Origin: Camelus ferus
Taxonomy: Eukaryota
Direction of reading: 5' to 3'
Assembly (NCBI RefSeq): GCF_009834535.1
Contig: NC_045696.1
Coordinates: forward strand, 24,244,001-24,308,000
Length of the DNA stretch: 64,000 nt
Shown here: piece by piece, positions 35,581 to 46,902 of the stretch
Layout of the letters: each line of letters begins with the position of its first letter
Position numbering within the stretch: the first letter of the stretch is position 1
Made by a program: the position numbers and the translations under genes
The notes under the pieces: generated by a model
What the model saw: the letters and a program-made list of their open reading frames with translations, nothing else
Databases searched by the model: none
Told to the model about the DNA's origin: nothing

Positions 35581-38500
35581 TGTAACCTTCCTAATAAAAA
35601 CAAGAGACAACAGACAAGATTTTGCAGTAGGAAAAGTAATCCAAAGTTCTCCAGGTGTTAAAAAAGTTCGCTTTACCAAATGTTTTCAAATTTACCTTTG
35701 TCTGAGTCTGTGGCAATTTAAACTAATAGGAAAGGTTGGCACTTTGAAGACCCTTAATTTGGTTTTGGATGAGCCACTTACTGACCAATTAACCAATCAC
35801 TCAGAAGCTTTGAGCTTTAGTACCCTCGTTTGTTAAAATGCAAATGAAGATAATACAATAATAACCAACCCCAGGAGGAGAATCAAAGAAAACATACTTT
35901 GGTGTTTCATTTGAGGAGGAGGTGTGGCTTAAAGCACTTGGGGAAGAGCAGAGCTTTTGCAGTAAACTTAGCAGGCGCCAACAGTCCGCGGTGGAGAGCT
36001 CCCAGGAGCTTTTATACACGACTTTGACCAGTCAAGAATTTGTGAAGAATTGCATCTTGGCGGCATCCACCACAGACTGGCGCCCAGGCACATTTGTCTT
36101 CCTTTGTTTGCCCTTTGCTAGATTCCTGTCAGCAATGGAATTTAACTATCTTATCTAGACCAGAACAAGGTGATAGATTTCGTCTGTGGAATATGGCGGC
36201 TATTTTCTGGTGTTTGAAGGATAAGTGAAGGATTAGCCTTGTTTTCTGTGGCCCCAAAAGACTAATGATCAGAGTAAGAGAAGACAGATTATAGCCTGGT
36301 TCAGGGAAGAATTTCATACTGTTGCAGTTGTGCAGATATGAGATGAGTTCTCCGAATAATGGGTAATCCTTGTTCAGCACCTGCTTGGTGCCCAGACATT
36401 GTGATGAGCATGGTTGAATTTTCTCTTTACGGAGGCTCTGTGAAATAGGTATCGGGTTTTGCATATTTATAATAATAAAGCTTCAGGAGTAGTTAACTTA
36501 CCCAAGGCCAGGCAATTGGTAAGCGAAAGAGCTAGAAATTGAACCCAGAGCCAGCTGATTCCAAGATACCACTTGGAATACAATCCATGGTCACTCAAAG
36601 TTTTCATAAATAAAGTTAGCCAGCCAGTGTTAGCAAATAGGTTATTAAAGGGGTTGAAGCATTCAATAGGGATGATTAATTAAGCAGATGACCTTACAAC
36701 TCTCTCTGTCCTTTAAATTCTGTGGTCCTGTTATGTTTGTGGAATCTATTTGCTGTTAGGAAAATGATAGCTAGTGGTAGAATCATATAGGAAAATAGGT
36801 TTCTCTTCATAAAAATGACCTGCTCTGCCATTTTTATACAAGTTCTATAAATTTGCATTCCCAGTATTATGGGGGCTAAGATATTTGTCAGTTTAGCTTT
36901 AAAAAGAAGTCATTAGTCCAAGTGAATGAAGTATCTGCCCCAAAAAAACACCATAACATTTTATGAAAGACAAGGAAATTTGATTTGATAGTGTAATAAC
37001 TTTAAAACAAATGCCTAAAAAGCTTTTTGGAGTACAGTATGATATGTTTTGTTTTGTTTTTAATACATATTAAAGAGCATCTTACTGTACATTTTAGAAA
37101 AATGCATTTTCAAAATTTTATCCATCAAAGCTAGATGTTTCCTGGACTCACATGACTTCTTAGCCTCCTCAGATCTAAGAAACATGATACAGGTTTGATG
37201 CACTGTCCTGAAGAAAGAGGGGACCTGAAGCTTACTCCTTCAGTACAGGTCAAAGGAGTGAATTCCCTTGACTTTGTATTGCTATGAGCAGCATGCAGAT
37301 AGGGAAGAAGTGGAAAAGTCGAGACAATGACATGTTGACTCCTCTTGCATCCGTATTCAAGACCTGCTTGGATAGTGTTTGTTTCTGTTGCATTGGTTTT
37401 TAGATTTTCATGCTTAAAATCTTTTAAAAGTAATTTGATCACTTTTACATATTCTGATTGAATCACTTTATAGCGGGGATATTGTTTTTATTTAGCCCAA
37501 AACAGTAAAAGCTGATACCTGAAGCTCTTCAACAAATACAGGTTCAAATGAAAGAGATCACCCTAAGGATAGCTCTGGCCAATTTGATTGAATCTTTTTC
37601 ACACAATTTAAAGGGTTCAGGTTACTTAGTATATGATTATTATCTACTTCAGTGATTCATTTTTCAAACGGATATAGAGAAATGATTTCTCAGTTGTGGT
37701 TAATATGCAGTAAAAAGTTAATTCATAAAGGCTTTCTTTCTCCATTTTATTATAACTGTTTTTTAGGATGAGTTTGGTTTGTCTAATTCTAAGGATTAAA
37801 TCTTTCAATGTGATATTTCATCTCTTTAATGCATCTCCATCATAAGAAAATTTAACAATGAAATACTTTAATGTTTAATAGATTTTACTCAACTTATAGA
37901 GTGAGTAGTTTGAGAGGGGAAAATGGTGAAAAGCTTTATGCTGCCACTATTTTGAAACACTTGCTCATTGTTGATATAATCTGTGGGCATATTAAATCTT
38001 ACAGACCTTAACTGGGAAGACACTGATTACAGGAAACTAAATTAATATGAACTCTTTTAAAAACAGATGTTAAAATAAAGATCTTCTTACAAGTATTTAA
38101 ATCTTGTGCTTCCCTAACAGAATACTAATCACACGTGTTTTCCAAATCCACAGAACTTCCTGTGTAGGATGAAATACTTTATTACTCTTTAATTTTGTAG
38201 ATTTCTTGTTAGTTTATAATCAGGGGGAAAGGATGTCTTAAATTTGAAACCAAACATTATAAATGGTATGATCATATTATTTTAAATCTTAAGGTGCCAT
38301 AGAATTATGACAGCCTACCCCTCGTTGCACAGCCTAGGAGTCTGTCTTGTTGCATGTTCTACCAGGAAGGCTCTCTCTGCCGGGTGCTGGGACGTAAGGA
38401 TGACAGAGGCATCATCCTTGTTTACACTCTAGTTGACGGTCAAGCATCCACAAAGCAAATACAACTTTGTAATGAGATGGGTGAAAGATCTACTGAGTGC

Positions 38501-41284
38501 TGTGGAGTCCCAGAGATGAAAAGCTGTCCTCAGCCTACACAGTGCAGGGAAAGCTGCTCAAGGAAGGAGGGGGTGAGTCCTCAGCTGAGACTTGGAGAAT
38601 AAAAAAGACACTTTATTCCTTTAGCTTGATTGTAGGCAAATGGAGCATCATTAAATATATGATGCATTTTTCATTCTGATATATTTTATAAAGTGATGGT
38701 GGTAGGGATAGTGTGGGTGAGAGGGGAGGGCACTGAGCAGAAGAAGGTTCTTTACTTTTTATTCTGCATCACATTATTTTTCCCACAGTTATATTTTAGT
38801 CATATCCTCATGTGTAATGACAGGATGTTTATGTATATGCTTAAATACAAAACAAATTGTTCACTTTATATAAATGCTGTAATTGAAAGCATGATAAGTA
38901 CCAAAATAGTAAAGCAAAACATAAATGGAGGAAATACTGATATAAGAACTTCAGTAATTGATATTGGAGTTGGAAAATACTACAAAACAGGGAAGTAATC
39001 AGTGTAGTGTGTGTGTGCCAGTCCACATTTCATCATTCTATCTCAGGAGATAAAAAAGAAAGAAAATAAGAAAAATGATGTATGTAATAGAGGTCCTCAC
39101 AAAGCTGAAGTATTTGATTTTTTGGTGTGAAAATGTTTTAGTTTTATTAAATAATGCTAATAGTAGATACTAGTAGTTGTTTCTCATGATCGTAAGTGCG
39201 AACATAAAAGTTGTTCTGAAATATCCTTGGTCCAGGAAGTGGAGTCAGAAAGGCACTGACCTATGTTACCTAGACTGTTCTTCCTGCTGCTTCTCCAGCT
39301 CAGAGGAGCCTCTTCTAAAGCCTCCTTATTACGCCCACCCCAGTCTATCTGAGTGCCAGGTGCCATGGCTAGGGCCATGCAGGCTGTCCCTGCTCATGGA
39401 CTGAACGTGCCTGAGACCAGAACGGCAGCAAAGCTGGGTCTCAGATTGGCAGTTACTGGCTATAGTTCCTGAGATTATTGCTTCAGATATTTGCTTATGT
39501 GTACAGATGAGCAAAAGAGACATTATGGAAAGAAATGGGTGTCAGTTTTACAGTCAAAATGAAACCCTTTAAAGTAAATAGCCTACTGATGGTATGCCCG
39601 CATTTTCATCTCCATAGCTGAAGAATGCATTTCAGTGTTTCCTCTTAATTTTTAAAGACAGAAGTTCTCCAGGTACATTGTGCATATTCTTGTTGTTTGC
39701 TCATTAATCCCCTCCTGGAGTGGGACCCTGTTAGGTTAATTGAGTTCTTCCCTTTACAGATATTATCACTATGTCTGTCTGTCTGTCCATGGATTGCATC
39801 TGTTATATTTCTCTGCCACGGACTGACCAAAACCCTCTATCATGAAAGCTTTGTGTCCTTTGGCCATTATGGGCAAGCATGATATCACAATGTTTTTACC
39901 GTTTCTGGAAAATCAAGTCAGAGTTCACACAACAAGAGAGCACTTTGACCCTGGCCCCACGTAAAGAAGGACATACTTATTAATTGATAAGTGATTTCTC
40001 TAAATAGACTTTAATATAGTGTATTTTACAAGGGATTATGTTTGTTTTAAAATAGAAAATATGTCAATAGACTTTATGGTCAGAGTTTTATGTACAAATT
40101 GGTATCTATAAGTGGTCATTTTGATATTCTGCTTCTGCCTGGGAAAGAAGTTCCATGTTCAGTGGTACTTAATTTGATAATTTGTTATCCTTTTTCCTTT
40201 GTTATTGAGAAACTAGCAGTCCTTCTAGAATAGTACAGTTCTGGTATTTTCATTCAGACCTGTTTAATTCATCAGAAATAATTTTGTAAAATGAAAAACT
40301 GATCATTGAGAACATTTACATGTACCTGTATGATAATTTGCAAATTATATAAAGCTACAGCAGGTGATACTTGATTTAACAGGGAAAGCTTTTATATTAT
40401 TAATTTACCCCAACAGCATTATGCATTCTTAAAAAGAATTTCTTGATCAGAATCCTTCACTAAGCACATTCATCATATAACTTTTGGTTTCGTTGATGTA
40501 ATTTAAGATAAATTCAGTATTTTGTTTGAACAGCTGAAACGAAAGACATGGTTTTGTTAGATAATCACACTATTCAATAATATACTCCATTAAGAAACAC
40601 TTTTGTTGCTGTTGTTGATAACCATAGTTTCTTTCTATGTGTGTAACTTGGAAATGATCACGGAAGACTGTGGATACAGTGTAAAACTTCTCTGGTTGAG
40701 CCAATTTTTAGCAATTAAATCTGTGTCTTTGGGAAGAAGTGACCCAAGATTTTGAGAAATAGGCCGTTTCCATTTTAGCCGGTACAAAGGCTTGGAGGTA
40801 TTGGGGAGCATGGTCGATTCAGGAACCTGAAAGTTAAATTAATTTCAAAATGGGTCACATGGCAAGGATCAGTGATAACAAATAAATAAATAAATACGCA
40901 GGCATACATATACACACACACACATAAAAACTCATGACTCTGAAGCATACACACACTAGTTTCCTTTCTTATTCTGTGATCTAGTGCAACGTCTTTAGCA
41001 GAAGATGCTTTAAAGCAAACAGTGCATAAAGATCTTGTCTTCAAAGATTGGGAACATTTTTAAAACAGAGTGTACCCGGTAAGTAAATGCCGTGTCTGGT
41101 AAGTGTACTAAAAACCCCAAGAGCTTTGATCAAATGCCAGCTGTTACATCAGTTCTGTTGGTAATCTTTCTTACTGATCTGTGACCTTGACCTTGTGCTT
41201 ATATCTGTATGTCAAATCTATTTTAAGGATGGGGAGACTATAGTTGAGTTTAATAGGATTTATGCTCCTATCTCAAAGGATGCT

Positions 41285-41286
<2 letters not shown>

Positions 41287-41348
<62 letters not shown>
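41287..41348. repeat. (TA)31 microsatellite
   Basis: Uninterrupted TA dinucleotide run of 62 nt. Confidence 0.97.
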
Positions 41349-41351
<3 letters not shown>

Positions 41352-44300
41352 TATTTCATATACTGTAAACACTCAAACAATTCCAGGAGAAGAAAGCACC
41401 ATTTTCCATTATATTTCATTTTTTTATAGAGATTGGAAAAATATCATGCTTTTCAAAACTGATAGAAAGCACCAGTTACTTTGAAGAGCTATTGCAAAAG
41501 CTTAGGAGAAACTATACTCTCTGTGTTATGTTTAAACTCTTTTTTTCCACACTTATGTGCCACTAAAAAATTTGTTAGTCATTATTTTGTGTCTCTTCAG
41601 AGAACTATTGTTTAACTGAAGGTAGTGGACATTGATATTATTGCTAAATAAATATCACATGTACTCTTTATCATATAATAATTTTCTTCCTGAATTTTTA
41701 AAACTATGGTTAGAATTAATTTTATTTAAAAATATTCTAGTTTCTATGTTTTCAGGATAATGCAACACAGTATCCATTAAGGTGTTCCATTTTGGAATAG
41801 AAATTGGCAGTTAAGCTCTTTCTCTACTTCCTTTGATTCTGTGCATCTTTTTAACTTAAAATCTCCAACTTGATAATCTTAATTTTTATTGTAAATTTAA
41901 TTTTTATATAAACTATAAAAGCAGAATAAGATGGATAGTGGATTTATTGACTCTGATTCATCAACATAGCCTTCTGAGGACAATTCGTAACAAAGAAGCT
42001 CTTCTTTAAGTCGCTGTATCGTTTATAGGGGATACTTGTTTCTGTCATCAGGACGATGATGTTACCTCTCTCATGCATTTATCTGTGTCGTCAAAGATCT
42101 TAAATCTTTACTGTTACGTTTTATTTAGTATATAGGTATAGCTATTAAGAGAGAAGCAAAAACTCCAGTTAGAATATAAGCTCATGTTTAGCTTTTAAAT
42201 AAACATCTGTTTGAAATTCTGTGACCCCAGTAAAGAAAGTAGTGAATATTAGTAACTTTTGGAGACTGAGTGGGTAGGGTGTATGGCTATTTCAAAATTG
42301 TTTCCTTCCCTCCAGTTCACTCAATAGACTGAAATATATTGGTCAGTTCTGTTTCCACAACTTTATGACAGCATATCATCGTTCTGGTTAAAGTGCTTGT
42401 CATTTTTATCAACTACAATTTGATCAATTACTTAGAATCAAAAAAATAAAAATTTGTATTTGAAGAAGTCCCCCCATACATATGTCCTGTTGAACACCTG
42501 AGTGAGTCAAGCATTCGTGTCTCCTAGTGAGTCTCTTAATAGGGGCACTATTTTACTCCCGTCAAAGTAGCTGACAGCAAGTTAAAGCTGATGGACCTGG
42601 AAGGGAGGGGCAAATTTGGCCTTGGGCAAAAATATGTAAGGCCCTCAGGTTGCAGTGGAGAGCAGTCTGGGTGGCTGTTTTACTCACTCCGGTGTCAGTG
42701 GCTTCTGTCACCAATCTCCAGAGTGTATTTACACCTGAAATGAGAAGCCCTGGGAGAGGGCGAGAAACTCTTGTCTAATTTTAAATGCAGAGGCCCTCAG
42801 TTGAGCAAAATGTATTTAGGTAAGTTTATTTTCTTGGCACCCATCAGATTAAACAACCACAAATCCATCTTTTGGTAGATAATACTACAAAGAAAACTAT
42901 TACCTTAGAATTTAAATTATATCAAAGGACATAATTTTGATTTTTTTTCAAGAAATTAGAAATACATTCTAATAAATGAAATCTCAGGCCTCTTCCCTTA
43001 CTATGCCCATATTATTCCCAGCTATGAAATGGCAACAGTTGAATATTTAATTCTTTTTCTTACTGTTTTTTGTTTTTTGTTTTTTCAAAAACAAACATTT
43101 CATTTAAAATAGAGGATTCACTGCAGTCTTCGCTTTTCAATGAAGTCCCAAGACTGTTATCTGAAATTTTACTTTTCATTTCTTGTTTTATGTAATTAAG
43201 TAGTTGCGTTTTATATATTCTAACTTTCCATTGGCCCTTGGTTTCAAAAGCTAATTTCATCCATCTGCATAAGATGTTTGGGGTTACATCTTCTTGATAA
43301 ATTTTCTTGGGTTTTTATTCCCTGTTCAACTCTTAAAACTTTCAGAGTCTCACCTTAGAAAACACTAAGAGTTCTCTGAATTATTTACCTGAATTTGTAT
43401 TGCTTAAGTAAAAGGTTCAATAATTAGGACTTTGGAATCTTCTTAGTGTACATAGTTATTTTTCTTCTAATGCTTAGGGAAGCATCTTAATGTTTTTCTT
43501 ATCCTTTTACATAAAAAGCATCTCCAAAAATAATCTACAGTGAAATTCAGGTAATATTGTCCAGTAGGAGTAGCCTTTTAATTACTTCTGCATTTTAAGG
43601 AACCAGAGCCAAGAATCCAAATTCTTATTAAAGAGTCACATTGCAGAATTACCTTTAAATTCAATACTCAAACAGGTGTTACTTGATAATGCAAAAGAAA
43701 TTGGAGGAGATTTCATGGAAACAATTGGAAGTCATGAGGTGTTCATTAGACATAATTTAAATAGCATACAAAGTGACTTTATAGATGTTTAGTAACTGAA
43801 ATGTGTTTTTAATGGACAATTTGATCGCAAGTGAGATACTGAATCCTTTCCTTAGAAATAGCTAGAAAAGACCTTTCTCATTCATTATTTATCTATCCTC
43901 AACCAAAAGTAGTCCCACATATAAGAATCCTATTAGACACATCCTTCATTTATCCAAGTAAAGTCTTTTTACTTGGATTTTGCCATTTTAAAAAGTGTTT
44001 AAAAATTCAGCAAACTTTGTCTTTGCTTAATAAACCATTTCCAAATAGAAAATGTAAAACACAATGCAATGGAAATACTTTACTTCAGAAGATCAATATT
44101 ACACCTACTTGGGAACTGTTAGTATGTGAATTATTTACAACTGTCTTTATTGATTAAAGCGCTAAAAAAAAGTTAAGACTTCAACATAATTTCATATTTT
44201 TGGGTCCTTTAAAATGAGTTTTAAAAAAATACACTCTAAATTCAAGCATTTTACAAAAGATTTTACTTAATTAGTCTATGTGTTCAAACTTGGATCTTTG

Positions 44301-45040
44301 CCAAAGTCTATCTACCCCTATGGTCAGGATTCCATGGAATTTTTTTATGGTTTAGTTTGATTTTATTATTTTTTTAAATAATTCTGTCCTGCTGCAACAA
44401 TAATTTTTTTCACTCCATGCTAGTGGACCAGTAAAATCTCAGCTTTATCAGATTTAAAAGATATTTTTATGCTTACGAACAATTTTAAATTAATAAAAGG
44501 AAAATTCATTTATAATTTTAACACTGTAAAATGGTTATACATAAATTTTATCAAGTTGTCTTGAAGTGTATTAACCCTTGGTATACTATCAGGGTTCTTT
44601 GGACCCAGTTTTTGTTTATGAAGTTGTTTTTGCTTGTTTGTTATTTGTGGTTTATATTTCTAACTGTTAGGAAGGATTATATTATATGACTTTTATTCTT
44701 TTTTAAAGTTTCAGTGAATGTGTTTTTAGTAGGAAAAAACCATTGTATCTTGCTATTACCATTTGTGTCCATTGGAACTTTTTGTAAAATCAAACATACA
44801 TTATGGGATGGTATTTTCTGTTTTCCATCCATAATGTCAAAGAGGAAAAAGTTGGCATAGGAAGATGCTTCAATTAGATGAATCAGAGAATGAGTGCAAA
44901 GAGGCTGATAAGAGCATTGTCGACGTGATTGATGATGGTGACATTGATTGTATAAGCAATATCTCTGTTTCTTCAGATGACAATATCCTAAATGACTTTT
45001 CTCAAACTTAAGAATCAATGAGTGAACAGAATATAGTTCT

Positions 45041-45193
45041 TTTTTCCTCCAGCTTGATTGAGATATAGTTGACATTTAACATTGTGTAAGTTTAAGGTGT
45101 ATAATGTGATGATTTGATGTGCACATATATTGCAAAATTATTACCAAAGTAAGGTTAGTTGACATAGCCATCACCTCACAGAGTTACCATACC
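45041..45193 (-). mobile_element. Short 5'-truncated L1MA-like 3' end
   Basis: cagcttgattgagatatagttgacatttaacattgtgtaagtttaaggtgtataatgtgatgatttga...catcacctcacagagttacc. Possible TSD AATATAGTTCT (45030-45040) / AATGTAGTTCT (45194-45204). Confidence 0.75.
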
Positions 45194-45804
45194 AATGTAG
45201 TTCTAAAGGCAAAAAGGAAATACCGTATTTTCCTCCAATTGCGTAATAGGAAGGACTTCATCACTATTTTGTGACAAGAAACCTTGCCTGTCCTGTCTTG
45301 CTCAAAGAATATATGGCAGTATTCCTTCTTTTATGATGTTAGCACACCCAAATTTTTTATAAACAGTTCATAAGTGGACAAATACTGAAGCTGGTGTGTT
45401 AAAAGAGAGATTGGAGGAAAATAAATGACATGGAAATGAAATAACCCACTAGATTTATTGCTGTAACACCAGTTACAGTTGTTCTTAATAAATCTAAAAA
45501 TAAAAAATATTTTTCAATTATGGGACAAGGAAGATTTCTGTCTTTCTTGCTTCAACATAATTTTGAGCTGTCAGAATTTCCCAAAGTAACATGTTTTGAA
45601 TTATACAAGTACAAAAAGAAGACTCAGAAGTGATGATTAAACTAGAAACTCACAGCCATGCACTTGAAGTCTGGAATGTGTATTAATAAGGCGTTTCCAG
45701 GTTTGTGCATGACAGTAGATGAGCTCTCAGTTCCAAAGTGCCTCCATTTTGGATATGTTGTCCTTCAAAAGCAGCAAAATATGGAATTAAGAATTGGGTG
45801 TGCT

Positions 45805-46461
45805 CAAAGCATAAATACAAAACAGAAATAGACTCACAGACATAGAATACAAACTTGTGGTTGCCAAGAGGGCAGGGCGTAGGAAGAGATAGCCTGGGAT
45901 TTCAAAATTGTAGAATAGGTAAACAAGATTATACTGTGAAGCACAGGGAAATATATACAAGATCTTATGGTAGCTCACAGAGAAAAAAATGTGACAATGA
46001 ATATATATATGTTCATGTATAACTGAAAAATTGTGCCCTACACTGGAATTTGACACAACATTGTAAAATGATTATAAATCAATAAAAAAATGTTAAAAAG
46101 AAAAAAGTAAAAAATAATAAAATAATGCCATCTGGATGGACCTGGAGATCATCACACTAAGTGAAGTAAGCCAGAAAGAGAAAGAAAAATATCATATGAT
46201 ATCATTTATATGTGGAATCTTAAAAAAAGACACAGATGAACTTATTTACAAAACAGAAAAAGACTCACAGACAGAGAACAAACTTACAATTACCCAGGGG
46301 TAAAGGGGGTGGGAAAGAATAAATTGGGAGGTCAAGATTTGCAGATACTAACTACTGTATATAAAATAGATAAACAACAAGTTTATACTGTGTAGCACAG
46401 AGAACTGTATTCAATATCTTGTGGTAACCTATAATAAAAAAAATATGAAAACAAACAAAAA
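45805..46461 (+). mobile_element. Composite lineage-specific L1 insertion (two L1 3' segments in one TSD pair)
   Basis: Segment 1 (45805-~46115): L1 3' UTR ending in AATAAA plus an A-tail. Segment 2 (~46115-46461): ORF2 end (tggatggacctggagatcatcacactaagtgaagtaagccaga) plus a partial, different 3' UTR. TSD AAGAATTGGGT(G/T)TGCT at 45789-45804 and 46462-46477. Confidence 0.85.
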
Positions 46462-46866
46462 AAGAATTGGGTTTGCTATGTATAAATTTTTATTAAAAAT
46501 TCTGATGAGTTTTGCATTATCCTTTCACTCTTCTGTAAATTATTCATCAGTTGACTTAAATGGTAATAAAATGTTTGTTAGACCCAGAAGATAAATAGTA
46601 ATGATTATTTTTCTCAGTATACTGAAGGTTAAATGAATTCATTAAAATTGTAAAGAGCTGATTTTGATTTAGAACAATAATTCCAAAATCAAATTTAAGT
46701 CACTCTTTGCCATCATAAATATTACACTAAATGTTTTGTTAAAATCAAAAAATCTTTTTCTAAAAATTTTATAGAACCACTCTATAAAAGTGACAACTAA
46801 GTTGAAATAAATATTGTCCAGTCAACTTTTATTTTATCACTGGGTAGGCTTTATTTTTTTTTCCAT

Positions 46867-46868
<2 letters not shown>

Positions 46869-46900
<32 letters not shown>
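46869..46900. repeat. (GT)16 microsatellite
   Basis: Uninterrupted GT run of 32 nt. Confidence 0.97.

Positions 46901-46902
<2 letters not shown>

Noticed and set aside
41244..41429. ORF with poly-(YI) repeat
   Set aside because: Just the translation of the (TA)31 microsatellite.
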